Source: an uncultured Eubacteriales bacterium (GTDB lineage Bacteria; Bacillota; Clostridia; Christensenellales; CAG-314). Taken from it: a DNA stretch of 64,000 nt. The notes beneath the pieces are model-generated. The model was not told the DNA's origin. It did not search any database and worked only from the letters and a program-made list of their open reading frames with translations. Shown piece by piece: positions 8,101-17,803 of this stretch (its first letter is position 1; each line of letters begins with the position of its first letter). The translations under genes were made by a program, and so were the position numbers. Location: contig UQVY01000001.1 in the NCBI GenBank assembly GCA_900544545.1, positions 26,975 through 90,974 on the forward strand. The letters are read 5' to 3'.

Positions 8101-9765
8101 TTATTTAAGATAATACGTTATCGTTCCGCTCGTTTCGTCCACGCCATTCTTAAATACTGTCTTGCTATCGTTTATTTTCCGTCCGTCCACCATATACGTT
8201 ATACCGCCGATAAACTCGGTGTGGATATTGACGGTGGTAAGGTTTTCGAACAGAACGCAATTCTCGCTTAAAAACTCGACGGTCGACTTGCCATTGGGCC
8301 GATGCACGTTAAGGGTGGTCAAAGCATATCCCGTCAGATTGTCCTTGTTCGCTCCGAAAATGCCTATTATATCGGCGTAGCTGTCGTAAGGCAAAGTAAG
8401 TTCTATAAGGTTTTTACAGCCTGCCAAAGCGTAATTTTCTATTTTCGTTATCGTTTTCGGGAAGGTTATTTTTTCCAAATTACTCAGATTCGCGAAAGCA
8501 TACGAAAAGATTTGTTTATATCCCGACGGGACGTAGATATATTTTATTTTCGCCTTGTATTCTTCGCCGAGCGCGTCGAAAACTCTATCGAGGACTCCCT
8601 TTACGTCGGATTCGTTCGGATAACCGCCTCTCGACGGCAACCTTATTCTTCCGTCGTTGTCGTCGATATATTTCTTTACGTCGGCTGTTTTTTTGTCGTT
8701 TATCCCTTTGATTGCCCAACCGCCGAGATATGTCGAGGAGTACGTAAAGTAAGAGGACGGCATCTCTTTCACGTTACCGCAACCTTCTCTCGTACACACG
8801 AAAGTCTCTGCGTCGTAGTCGTGGCGAGGTTCGTACCAACTATCTATTTCTTCGCCGCAAAGGGTACACGATACCGTCGCTTGTACGGTGCAGTTTTCGG
8901 CGTTTCTTTCGCCGTATACGGCGGCTCCTCTTTTATGATTGTACGGAACCACGGGAATAGTTTCCGTCGTACGCCTGTTGCAATAAAGACACTTTTTCGC
9001 GTCCACGCCCGTAGACGAGCAGGTGGCTTCGACGAAAAATTCTGCGTCTTTCTTCATACTGTGCGACTGCGTCTTATAAAAAACGTCCTTATGGCACCTT
9101 GCGCATTCTCTATACGCATAATAACAGTAGTTTTCGTCCGAATTATCCCTATAATCGTACTTTATTTCCGTACCTTCGGGGAAAGAATGATAGAGCCTTT
9201 CCGTAACCTCGGTCTGCGTTTTTCCGCACACGGAACAAACGCGCTTAACATAGCCCGGCTCTTCGCAGGTGGCTTCTTTCCTTTCCGTCTCTTTATAGTC
9301 ATGAGAAGTCGTCCCTAACTTCTCCGTCTCTTCGTAATCGCAAAACTTACATTTTTTTACCCTCTCGCCGTTGTCCGTACAGGTGGGTTCGACTTTTATC
9401 TCCCACCCCCTTAATTCGTGCGATTTCTGCGGAATAACGCGTTCTTCCTTAACTCCGCATACGGAACAAGTCTTGCTCTCTTTGCCTTTCTTTACGCAAG
9501 TCGCCTCCTCTTCTATCTCCGCCTCGCCGAACGTATGCTGTTTTTTAGGTAAAACAAATCCTCTTTTTTCATATCCGCAAACGGAACATACTTTTTTCCC
9601 CTCTCCTTCTTCAGTGCAGGTGGGGGCTTTTATTTCCGTTATCTCTCCGAATTCGTGACTGCTTCCGCAGCCGCTATTTCCCAAAAAGTTGCACGCAGAA
9701 AGGACGGCTGCTACACACGCCGCTATCACAACGGTTATAAAAATAAAAATTGTTCTACGGTTCAT
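8101..9765 (-). CDS. Lipoprotein with four N-terminal Cys-rich ~34-aa repeats (TC-x7-9-C-x2-C) and a C-terminal BspA-type leucine-rich-repeat domain, 554 aa
   Basis: Lipobox MNRRTIFIFITVVIAACVAAVLSAC. Repeats TCTEEGEGKKVCSVCG, TCVKKGKESKTCSVCG, TCTDNGERVKKCKFCD and TCEEPGYVKRVCSVCG. The LRR segment IKYIYVPSGYKQIFSYAFANLSNLEKITFPKTITKIENYALAGCKNLIELTLP is BspA-type. Confidence 0.7.
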   Translation of the reverse strand: MNRRTIFIFITVVIAACVAAVLSACNFLGNSGCGSSHEFGEITEIKAPTCTEEGEGKKVCSVCGYEKRGFVLPKKQHTFGEAEIEEEATCVKKGKESKTCSVCGVKEERVIPQKSHELRGWEIKVEPTCTDNGERVKKCKFCDYEETEKLGTTSHDYKETERKEATCEEPGYVKRVCSVCGKTQTEVTERLYHSFPEGTEIKYDYRDNSDENYCYYAYRECARCHKDVFYKTQSHSMKKDAEFFVEATCSSTGVDAKKCLYCNRRTTETIPVVPYNHKRGAAVYGERNAENCTVQATVSCTLCGEEIDSWYEPRHDYDAETFVCTREGCGNVKEMPSSYFTYSSTYLGGWAIKGINDKKTADVKKYIDDNDGRIRLPSRGGYPNESDVKGVLDRVFDALGEEYKAKIKYIYVPSGYKQIFSYAFANLSNLEKITFPKTITKIENYALAGCKNLIELTLPYDSYADIIGIFGANKDNLTGYALTTLNVHRPNGKSTVEFLSENCVLFENLTTVNIHTEFIGGITYMVDGRKINDSKTVFKNGVDETSGTITYYLK

Positions 9766-10423
9766 TTTATCTTAATTAATCCTTTATACTCGGTTTCTTT
9801 TACGCACTCTGTAAATAACAAAAAAGCAAGGCTTCGTTCCCGACGCTTCGCAAACTTTTTTCTTTCGGCACACCTCTGCAAAGACGTTCGCCGCTTTTTG
9901 CGCTCTATTCGGGGCGTAGATTAGTCGGTGCGTTTCGCACAAGTTGCCGTGTTTTTCTGTCTGCACGTGTCGGGAGCAATCGCCTTGCTCCGCTTGCTTG
10001 TTATTGATTATTATATCTTGTTAGTATGTGGCTTTATCGCCTTTCTTGTCCAATCTTTTGCCTGTAAATTATGCCTCTTTTCCGTTCGGTTTTTCAACCG
10101 CTTTCTTTATCTTTATGGATATATTATACCATATTTTGGCGTGAATTTCAACCTATAACGACCGATATATTGTGAAATATATAAAATCATCTCTTTGTTC
10201 TGTTTTGAAACATTTATGAAAGAATGTCCGACTTTTTTATTTGTTATAAAACACAGGCTCTAAACATTACAAAAATTGCGGTTCGACACCATTCAGAGAA
10301 TGCCGTCAAAAAATTTTTGAAGAATTTTTGCGAAAAACGATAAAAGTGGTTTACTTTTTACCCCTGCTTATTCCCCGATAGGTGTAGGGATAAAATTTTT
10401 AACCGCACAGGAGACCAAAACAA

Positions 10424-10645
10424 ATGTTAGTAAAAAAAGAAAAACTCAAACGCTTTTTGGAAACAAAAAATCTGTTCAAAGAGAAATTCGCCGCCTTGCA
10501 TAGCGGTTTTACACGGCTCGCCTTTCATCACGATACAAGCACAACGAGTAAATTTGTACCCGATTTGTTCGCGCCGCGTTCCGCTGTCGATAGAACCCAT
10601 TTTGTTGACTTCGACAAAATGGTCGGAAACATATTCGGGCTATGA
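10424..10645 (+). CDS. hypothetical protein (73 aa) in the element regulatory region
   Basis: AGGAGA RBS 7 nt upstream of ATG; no recognizable motif. Confidence 0.3.
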   Translation: MLVKKEKLKRFLETKNLFKEKFAALHSGFTRLAFHHDTSTTSKFVPDLFAPRSAVDRTHFVDFDKMVGNIFGL

Positions 10646-10873
10646 CAATTATTGAGTGTTACCAATATAAATTCGGACCAAACTTTGATTTGAACTATCA
10701 ATAAAACTGACCCAAAAAAGGATAAATCAAACCTGTTTTTCCAAGCAGGATAAGGTGTGATTCAGTCGGACTTTTTCCGCCCGAAACACACGTTTCAAGA
10801 CAAGCGGGATACCCGCTTTCTTTTTCAACAAAACTACGGTTTTTATAATACAAACACAGGAGGAATTTTGCCT

Positions 10874-11071
10874 ATGAACGAGATGTTTAAGGACTACCCC
10901 GACGTAGTAAGCGTCGGACAATTAAAAGAAATGCTGCAAATCGGGCAAGTTCTCGCTTATAAACTCGTAAAGGAAGGAGAAATAAAATCACGCAAGGTCG
11001 GGCGTGAATACAAAATACTTAAATCAACCGTTATAGAGTATTTGTCGAGAGGTTGTTCGCAATGGAACTAA
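10874..11071 (+). CDS. xis: Excisionase / helix-turn-helix DNA-binding protein (Xis, ~65 aa)
   Basis: AGGAGG RBS. VVSVGQLKEMLQIGQVLAYKLVKEGEIKSRKVGREYKILKSTVIEYL matches the excisionase-family HTH (HTH_17-like). It overlaps the integrase start, as in Tn916-type xis-int pairs. Confidence 0.65.
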   Translation: MNEMFKDYPDVVSVGQLKEMLQIGQVLAYKLVKEGEIKSRKVGREYKILKSTVIEYLSRGCSQWN

Positions 11072-12459
11072 AAGGAACTTTGCAATCTAAAAAAGGCTAC
11101 TTATATGCGGTAATCGGTTATAAAGACGAAGCGGGGAAACAAAAATACAAGTGGTATGCGACGGGCTTAAAGGAGCGCGGGAACAGAAAGGAAGCAAAAG
11201 AAATTCTTGCTCAAAAAATACGGGAATTTGAGGAAGAACAGACAAGTTTTATCAACAAACTTAAAAACCGTACAAAGCCTAAAAACGTAGATAAAGCGGA
11301 AGCGACTATGCTGTTTTCGGATTATTGTCTGAAATACGTAGAAAGCAAAAAATCGGAATTATCTCCGTCCGTATATAGTCTATACTTAAAACACTACATA
11401 AAACTTTTTAAGTCGTATTTCGACCCGAAAAAACTACGGTTAATCGATATTACCGAAAAAGAAATCAATGATTTTTATGAAGACAGGTTAAAGCACGGAG
11501 TTAAAAGGATAACTCTTAAACATTATAATTGTGTGCTTCGCCCTGCTTTAAGACAGGCATACAGAAACAAACTTATTCCGGATAATCCGTTTGATTTTAT
11601 AGATTCTATTAAGAAAGAAAAAGCAACTATGTCCTTCTACGATAAAAACGAGATGAAATCGTTCTTTGCGGCAATAAAAGGACACAAACTCGAAATACCG
11701 TTTATTCTGGCTGCTTATTACGGATTTCGTCGGAGCGAGGTTTTAGGACTTCGTTGGAGTGCAATCGACTTTGAGCATAAACTGATAACCGTAAATCACA
11801 AACTGCTCGTCGTTGACAAAGAAGTTATTTTAACCGACGATTTGAAAACCGAAAAAAGTCATCGCACCTTTGCAAACCAAAAGAAAATTATGCGGTTTGT
11901 AGAAGAAAACTTCACGTTCCGAAATCTCGGTATCTTCATTTGTTTAAGCACGGGCATTCGTATCGGCGAAATATGTGCTTTAACTTGGGACGATATCGAC
12001 ACAGACAACGGGGTTATATATATCAGGAAAACAATTCAGCGGATTTATATCCGTGAAAACGGCATCAGACACACCGAATTGATGATAGATACGCCTAAAA
12101 CCGCCACTTCCATTCGGGATATCCCGATGACAAAGGATTTGCTGTCGGTCTTAAAACCGCTGCGCAAGGTCGTAAACGATTCGTTTTTTGTGCTTACAAA
12201 TGATTCAACGCCGACAGAACCGCGCACGTACCGAAACTATTACAAAAAACTACTTGTAAAATTAGATATTCCACCGATAAAATTTCACGGCTTACGCCAT
12301 AGTTTTGCAACGCGGTGCATAGAAAGCCATTGCGACTACAAAACAGTCAGCGTTATTCTCGGACATTCAAATATCAGCACGACATTAAATCTTTATGTAC
12401 ATCCGAACTATGAGCAAAAGAAAAAGTGCATAGATAAAATGCTACGAGCGTTAAAGTAA
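11062..12459 (+). CDS. int: Tyrosine site-specific integrase (Tn916/phage-integrase family) with N-terminal arm-binding domain
   Basis: The N-terminus (YLYAVIGYKDEAGKQKYKWYATGLKERGNRKEA) resembles the Int-Tn916 arm-binding domain. The C-terminal catalytic motifs GLRHSFATRCIESHCDYKTVSVILGH...TLNLYVH fit the R..HxxR..Y family. The start may instead be TTG at 11053. Confidence 0.9.
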   Translation: MELKGTLQSKKGYLYAVIGYKDEAGKQKYKWYATGLKERGNRKEAKEILAQKIREFEEEQTSFINKLKNRTKPKNVDKAEATMLFSDYCLKYVESKKSELSPSVYSLYLKHYIKLFKSYFDPKKLRLIDITEKEINDFYEDRLKHGVKRITLKHYNCVLRPALRQAYRNKLIPDNPFDFIDSIKKEKATMSFYDKNEMKSFFAAIKGHKLEIPFILAAYYGFRRSEVLGLRWSAIDFEHKLITVNHKLLVVDKEVILTDDLKTEKSHRTFANQKKIMRFVEENFTFRNLGIFICLSTGIRIGEICALTWDDIDTDNGVIYIRKTIQRIYIRENGIRHTELMIDTPKTATSIRDIPMTKDLLSVLKPLRKVVNDSFFVLTNDSTPTEPRTYRNYYKKLLVKLDIPPIKFHGLRHSFATRCIESHCDYKTVSVILGHSNISTTLNLYVHPNYEQKKKCIDKMLRALK

Positions 12460-12612
12460 AAATGCTCACGTTATAAAACTTAAAGCGAAAATCCGCACCT
12501 CAAAATACGGACAAAAACGGAAACTATCTATAAAGATAATTAGCAGTAGCGAAGGTAAAACAATAGTCAAGAACAATAAAAATAACCGCCGCTCCTGCAT
12601 GAATGTTTTTAA

Positions 12613-12725
12613 TTTTATTAGAACTTTTATTAGAACAGAGCCGTTTTCGGCATTTTCGAGCATTTTTGGAAGTAGCATAAACACCCCGTTTTGTTCTAAT
12701 AAAAATCGCAAAATTTTATTAGAAC
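12613..12725 (+). promoter_or_regulatory. Right-end cluster of TTTTATTAGAAC repeats (putative integrase arm-type sites) between int and the tRNA
   Basis: Direct copies of TTTTATTAGAAC at 12613-12624, 12625-12636 and 12714-12725, plus an inverted copy GTTCTAATAAAA at 12693-12704. The same decamer occurs near the left end (621-746). Confidence 0.5.
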
Positions 12726-12799
12726 AAACGCTAAGGTAAGCACAAAAAGACCTAAAATGAGTAAAAAACAGCCCAAAACGCTTGGTTTTGGGCTGTTTT

Positions 12800-12876
<77 letters not shown>

Positions 12877-12898
12877 ATATCGATTATTTAGTTGTTTT

Positions 12899-12947
12899 CG
12901 CCTTTGGTTCCGTAGCCAAACGCTCTATCCAGCTGAGCTAATGGTAC
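12899..12947 (-). pseudogene. Orphan 5' half of a second tRNA-Arg(ACG) (acceptor 5' strand + D arm + anticodon arm; no T arm or 3' end)
   Basis: Minus strand GTACCATTAGCTCAGCTGGATAGAGCGTTTGGCTACGGAACCAAAGGCG, then non-tRNA sequence. It lies 22 nt upstream of the intact tRNA-Arg. Confidence 0.6.
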
Positions 12948-13088
12948 AAGCCGCCCGAAGAAACGTTTCCGTTCCTTCAAGCTTAGCAATTATAATACTT
13001 TGATTTATGTTTGTCAAACGTTTTAAGCGAAATGCGGAACAATTATTTCCGTTTTGTTTAATCCGTAAAAACCTGCGCAAAAAGACCG

Positions 13089-13616
13089 TTATTTTGCGAA
13101 AACGGTATTTCCGCGGCAATCTACGGCTACGATTACGGGCAAATCTTTGACTTCGAGAATTCTGAGGGCTTCCGCGCCGAGGTCTTCGTAAGCGACGAGC
13201 GTGGCTTTCGTTACGCACTGCGAATAAAGCGCGCCGGCTCCGCCTATTCCCGAGAAATAAACCGCGTGATGACGGACGATGGAATCGACGACTTCGGGCG
13301 AGCGTATGCCCTTTCCTATCATAGCTTTGACGCCTGCGTCGAGCATTGCGGGCGTATACGGGTCGCATCTGTAAGAAGTGGTGGGACCGCAGCTTCCGAT
13401 GACCTGCCCGGGCTTGCTGGGACACGGACCTACGTAATAAACGGTAGCGTTCTCAAGTTCTACGGGCGGTTTTTTCCCGCTCTGAAGGCATTCTACGATA
13501 CGTTTGTGAGCCGCGTCTCTCGCCGTAAAGAGAGTTCCCGAAAGCAAAACGCTGTCGCCGGCGCGAAGGTTTTCTATATCCTCGTAAGAAAGAGGAAGAC
13601 TGAGCTTTTTGACCAT
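13089..13616 (-). CDS. Fe-S hydro-lyase, tartrate/fumarate family, beta subunit (class I fumarate hydratase beta / L(+)-tartrate dehydratase beta)
   Basis: 175 aa; MVKKLSLPLSYEDIENLRAGDSVLLSGTLFTARDAAHKRI... is typical of FumB/TtdB; adjacent to the alpha subunit. Confidence 0.75.
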   Translation of the reverse strand: MVKKLSLPLSYEDIENLRAGDSVLLSGTLFTARDAAHKRIVECLQSGKKPPVELENATVYYVGPCPSKPGQVIGSCGPTTSYRCDPYTPAMLDAGVKAMIGKGIRSPEVVDSIVRHHAVYFSGIGGAGALYSQCVTKATLVAYEDLGAEALRILEVKDLPVIVAVDCRGNTVFAK

Positions 13617-13626
13617 ATTATCCTCC

Positions 13627-14466
13627 TTAGATTTCGGTAGTGCGGTGTCTTACCGCGTGGCACTGAATATTGACGGCGACGGGAAGTCCCGCGATATGAG
13701 TGGGGTAGGTCAGAATATTGACCGAAAGAGCGGTGGTTTTTCCGCCGAATCCCAACGCGCCTACTCCGAGAGCGTTGATTTCGTCGAGAAGTTCGGTTTC
13801 GAGTTTTGCGATTTCGGGATCGGGATTATGAACGCCCGTGCCGCAGAGAAGAGCCTGTTTTGCGAGAATAGCGCATTTTTCCATCGTTCCGCCTATGCCG
13901 ATGCCGACGATGACCGGAGGACAGGGATTACCCGAAGCGACTCTGACCGTTTCGACTACGGATTTCTTTATGCCGTTTATTCCCGCGGCGGGAGTAAGCA
14001 TATAAAGCTTGCTCATATTTTCGCTTCCGAAGCCTTTCGCGAGGAAATGAACTCTTACCTTATCGCCCGGAATTATCGAATAATGTATAACCGCGGGAGT
14101 ATTGTCCTTGGTGTTGATTCTCGTGAGCGGGTCGAGAACGCTTTTTCTGAGATAACCGTCGCGGTAAGCGTCGCGCACGGCGTTATTGACGACCTCTTCG
14201 AGATAACCGCCTTCGATGTGGGCGTCCTGACCGATTTCGATGAAAACGACTGCCATACCCGTATCCTGACACATAGGAAGGTCCTTTTCGGCGGCGAGTT
14301 TATGGTTGCCGATAATAGTGTCGAGCGCAAATTTCGAGGTAGGGTTGGTTTCTTTCGCACACGCTTTTTCGAGAGCGCAGAGCGTCGCCTTATCCTCGTG
14401 GGAAGTGCAGTAAAGCGCGGAGGAATATACCGCGTCGTAGATTTCTTTGGAATTTATGATTCTCAT
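13627..14466 (-). CDS. Fe-S hydro-lyase, tartrate/fumarate family, alpha subunit (class I fumarate hydratase alpha / L(+)-tartrate dehydratase alpha)
   Basis: 279 aa; has Cys residues for the Fe-S cluster (CQDTG...C); partners with the beta-subunit gene downstream. Confidence 0.75.
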   Translation of the reverse strand: MRIINSKEIYDAVYSSALYCTSHEDKATLCALEKACAKETNPTSKFALDTIIGNHKLAAEKDLPMCQDTGMAVVFIEIGQDAHIEGGYLEEVVNNAVRDAYRDGYLRKSVLDPLTRINTKDNTPAVIHYSIIPGDKVRVHFLAKGFGSENMSKLYMLTPAAGINGIKKSVVETVRVASGNPCPPVIVGIGIGGTMEKCAILAKQALLCGTGVHNPDPEIAKLETELLDEINALGVGALGFGGKTTALSVNILTYPTHIAGLPVAVNIQCHAVRHRTTEI

Positions 14467-14640
14467 GATTCACCTCCGGTGTCAGCCGACATTATAGCAC
14501 CTTCGAGGATAAAAAGCAAGGGAATTATGCCCGTCCGATTCCTTGCAATAACCTTTCTTTTATGGTATAATGTTCCCTATGAATAAAACGAACGAAAAAA
14601 GACGGTATTTGCCCGCGTCTGCGGTTTTCGGGGCTTCCGA

Positions 14641-15435
14641 ATGAAGTTTTTCGTGATTTCGAGCGGAAGCAGCGGCAACTGCTGTTACATAGAAGAAAAC
14701 GGCAGGGCGATTCTCATAGATTGCGGAGTATCTCTCCGGACGATAAGCGTAAGTTTAGCGGAATACGGAGAGGATATAAGCAAAGTTAAATCTATTTTAA
14801 TAACACACGAGCATAATGATCATATAAGAGGTCTCGGAACGGCTGCCCGCAGACTCGGAGCGGAGGTGTTCGTTCACGAAAAAACGGCTGCGTACATATC
14901 GGAGATTCTCGGGAAGGAAAAAGGAAGTTGTAAGCTTACTTCGTTTTCCGAAGAATTCGAAACGGCGGGATTCGGAGTGGAGTTTCTTCCGCTTTATCAT
15001 GATTCCTCGTTCTGCACGGGATACAGGATAGTCGGAAAGGAAGGAGTCTACGTTTCGCTGACAGATACGGGTATACTTCCCGAGGGCGCGGAGGATTTCG
15101 TACGGAACGCGGATACGCTGCTTCTCGAAAGCAATTACGACGAAGATATGCTCGTGCGCGGAAGCTATCCGACGGCTCTGAAGAGGCGCATATCCGGTAA
15201 AAACGGGCATCTTTCCAATCTTCAGGCGGCTGCGATGCTCGCCGGATGTCCCAATCTCAACGTCGGAAGAGTCATACTCGGACATCTTTCGGAAAACAAC
15301 AATTCTGCCGAGCTTGCTTTCGACGCGGCGGAAAAGACTCTGAGTGCGGAGGGCGTTACCGAAGGCAAAGACATAGGTCTCGAGGTTATTCCGCACGGAA
15401 AAAGGAGAGTGATGACCAATGTACGATTCAGATAG
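14641..15435 (+). CDS. MBL-fold metallo-hydrolase
   Basis: SILITHEHNDHIRGL is the HxHxDH metallo-beta-lactamase motif; the N-terminus is YycJ-like. Confidence 0.7.
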   Translation: MKFFVISSGSSGNCCYIEENGRAILIDCGVSLRTISVSLAEYGEDISKVKSILITHEHNDHIRGLGTAARRLGAEVFVHEKTAAYISEILGKEKGSCKLTSFSEEFETAGFGVEFLPLYHDSSFCTGYRIVGKEGVYVSLTDTGILPEGAEDFVRNADTLLLESNYDEDMLVRGSYPTALKRRISGKNGHLSNLQAAAMLAGCPNLNVGRVILGHLSENNNSAELAFDAAEKTLSAEGVTEGKDIGLEVIPHGKRRVMTNVRFR

Positions 15436-16399
15436 GCTCCTTGTAGGAGCGAAAAGGAACTCTTATACGGTTTACGACGCAATGTTCGTATTCGGGCTTG
15501 CTTATATAGCCGCGCAGGTTTTCGGAAGTATGGGACTCATTGCTTTCGACAGCGAAATAGTCTCGTCGGTTATGATACAGGCTGCGTTTTTCCTGACCGT
15601 ATGCGCCTATTCGTCCGGAAGAGGCATAAATATGCGTCAGGCTGCGAAATATAACAAATGCAACCCCGTATTTATACTTCTTGCGATCGCGGCGGTGCCT
15701 TTTGCGCTGGCTCTCGTGTTGCCGCTCACCGACTTATGGCTCGGGTTTCTTTCCCTTCTGGGTTTGAATCCCGATACTGCAGGCTCCTCCGAATCGTATT
15801 CGGTATTCGGCTGGGTTATCTATACGATAACCGTTTCGGTCGGACCTATGCTCGGAGAGGAGGCTCTTATGAGAGGAGTCGTGGCGAACGGTCTTGCCGA
15901 TAGGAAAAGCAAGCTTTTCGCGATTTTCATAAGCGCGGTTCTCTTTACGGCTCTTCACGGAAACGCGGTTCAATTCGTAAATCCTTTCGTTTCGGGCGCG
16001 ATTATGGCTCTTCTGATGTTTAAGTCGGGCAGTATTCTCCCCGGAATGATAATGCACTTCACAAACAACCTTCTCGTTACGGTTATCGGTCTTACGTGCG
16101 ACGCGCAGGTGAGCGGATTTATATCCGATAACGCTCTGTGGGTTGCGCTGGTCGGAGCAATCGGACTTGCGGCGATAGTTTTTGCCGTTATAAAACTCGG
16201 AAGAACGGTGAAGCTTACCGAAAAGCCCGTAAAGGAAGACTGTTCTCTTCCCGTTCCGGAAGAAACGCCGCCCGCGCTCAGGTTCGCGTACGCCGAATGT
16301 TTCGCGATCAACAGAAGACACGAAAGACGCTCGAGAATCGTTTTCGTGTTGGCTTTGGCAAGCTGTGCGATTAGTTTCGCGCTCTCGCTCTTTATTTAA
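15419..16399 (+). CDS. CPBP family intramembrane glutamic metalloprotease (CAAX protease / Abi family)
   Basis: Multiple TM segments. GEEALMRG, FISAVLFTALHG and HFTNN match the EExxxR / FxxxH / HxxxN motifs of the CPBP family. Confidence 0.7.
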   Translation: MYDSDRLLVGAKRNSYTVYDAMFVFGLAYIAAQVFGSMGLIAFDSEIVSSVMIQAAFFLTVCAYSSGRGINMRQAAKYNKCNPVFILLAIAAVPFALALVLPLTDLWLGFLSLLGLNPDTAGSSESYSVFGWVIYTITVSVGPMLGEEALMRGVVANGLADRKSKLFAIFISAVLFTALHGNAVQFVNPFVSGAIMALLMFKSGSILPGMIMHFTNNLLVTVIGLTCDAQVSGFISDNALWVALVGAIGLAAIVFAVIKLGRTVKLTEKPVKEDCSLPVPEETPPALRFAYAECFAINRRHERRSRIVFVLALASCAISFALSLFI

Positions 16400-16406
16400 A
16401 CGGACT

Positions 16407-16877
16407 ATGTATAAGATTAACGTTATAGCCGTAGGCAATCTCAAGGAAGATTACTTTATAGCGGCGGCAGAAGAATACAAGAAAAGGATCGGAGGATTCT
16501 GTAAACTGGAGGTTTACGAACTCGACGAATACAAATTGACCGACGAATCTTCTTCCTCTATAAGAAAAGCGTTAAGCGAAGAGGGAAAGAATATTCTGAA
16601 AAAAGCGGGAAGCGGAAGGATTATTCTTCTCGATATAGCGGGCAGGGAAACCAGCAGCGAGCAGTTTTCTTCCCTTATGACGAGCGAACTGGATAAAGGC
16701 GAAGTCAATTTCGTTATCGGAAGCTCTTACGGAGTATCCGACGAAGTCAGAAAGGCTGCGAATCTGCGGATTTCGCTCGGAAGAATAACTCTTCCGCACA
16801 GGCTTGCGAGGATAGTGCTTCTCGAGCAGATTTACAGAGGCTTTACGATTGCGGGCGGAAGAAGCTATCACAAATAG
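16407..16877 (+). CDS. rlmH: 23S rRNA (pseudouridine1915-N3)-methyltransferase RlmH
   Basis: MYKINVIAVGNLKEDYFIAAAEEYKKRI... with the SPOUT fold; ~156 aa, the typical RlmH length. Confidence 0.85.
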   Translation: MYKINVIAVGNLKEDYFIAAAEEYKKRIGGFCKLEVYELDEYKLTDESSSSIRKALSEEGKNILKKAGSGRIILLDIAGRETSSEQFSSLMTSELDKGEVNFVIGSSYGVSDEVRKAANLRISLGRITLPHRLARIVLLEQIYRGFTIAGGRSYHK

Positions 16878-17065
16878 TTTTTTCCGAACGGTCGCGGGAA
16901 CGAAGAGTTTTTCTCGGGTGGAGCTTCCTCCCTTTTAACGGGCGAGTTTTTTGCGTACGGGAGGCTCTTTTGACAGAAAAATGACAAAAATCGGGCGTTC
17001 TTATGAAAAACGACAAAATCCGCGCTCCGAAACTCATATTTGCTCTTCCCCGACTATGTAAATAT

Positions 17066-17094
17066 TTGACAGGCGGCATTAAATGTGGTAGAAT
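17066..17094 (+). promoter_or_regulatory. Sigma-70 type promoter (TTGACA-17-TAGAAT)
   Basis: TTGACA at 17066-17071, 17-nt spacer, TAGAAT at 17089-17094; upstream of the membrane-protein gene. Confidence 0.6.
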
Positions 17095-17128
17095 TACAGG
17101 AAATTCAACCAAAATATGGCAGGTCAAA

Positions 17129-17800
17129 ATGAAAAAGCAAGACAATACGGTCTCTAATAATTACGAAGATTATAAAGCCAGAAACGAGGCGGCAAAGGCG
17201 TCGTCCGATTCGAAAGCTCCGCAGTTTACGCTGAGGTACCTTTTGGTATTCGGACTGACGATAGTGATGTTCATCTGTATGATGCTGCCCGATTTCAAGG
17301 CCTATATCTGGAGCGATTCGCTCGGCTGGCCTCGGTCGAAGGGACTCGTTTATTCGGGCAGCGTCTTTTCGCTGCTCAAGATGTTCGGAAACGAAGGCGG
17401 CTCTATCGATATGAGCGGCGGGACTCTTCAGGATATAGTCAAGGACAATCCCATTATCGATATGTTCCTTAACGGCTCTTCGGAATTCGAAGGAACGTTT
17501 TCGATAATCAAGATACTTACTATCGTTCTGGTCATAGAGCTTATTTTCGTCGCGGTTCAGTTCGTTCTTTCGATGTGCGCCTGCGTCGGAGCAAAGAAGC
17601 TTGACGTACTTATCAAAACGGTGTCTTTCGTGAATATAGCGCTCAGTATAGCCGCGGTGGTTCTTTCCGCGCTGATATACGTAAAGACTCCGTTGTTTTA
17701 TCAGACGGTTTGTATGGTGGTCAAGTGTTCCTACGGTTCGATGGTCGTGCTTGCCGTTTCGATAGCTCAGGCTGCCGTGGCCTTATTCGTCAGGAGGTAG
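17129..17800 (+). CDS. Hypothetical polytopic membrane protein (223 aa)
   Basis: Several hydrophobic segments. The start is placed downstream of the promoter at 17066; the longest ORF would begin at 17003. Confidence 0.5.
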   Translation: MKKQDNTVSNNYEDYKARNEAAKASSDSKAPQFTLRYLLVFGLTIVMFICMMLPDFKAYIWSDSLGWPRSKGLVYSGSVFSLLKMFGNEGGSIDMSGGTLQDIVKDNPIIDMFLNGSSEFEGTFSIIKILTIVLVIELIFVAVQFVLSMCACVGAKKLDVLIKTVSFVNIALSIAAVVLSALIYVKTPLFYQTVCMVVKCSYGSMVVLAVSIAQAAVALFVRR

Positions 17801-17803
17801 AGT

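Noticed and set aside
13609-14586. 325-aa plus-strand ORF
   Set aside because: It is antisense to the two fumarate-hydratase-family subunit genes, which have clear homology, so it is a GC-driven shadow ORF.
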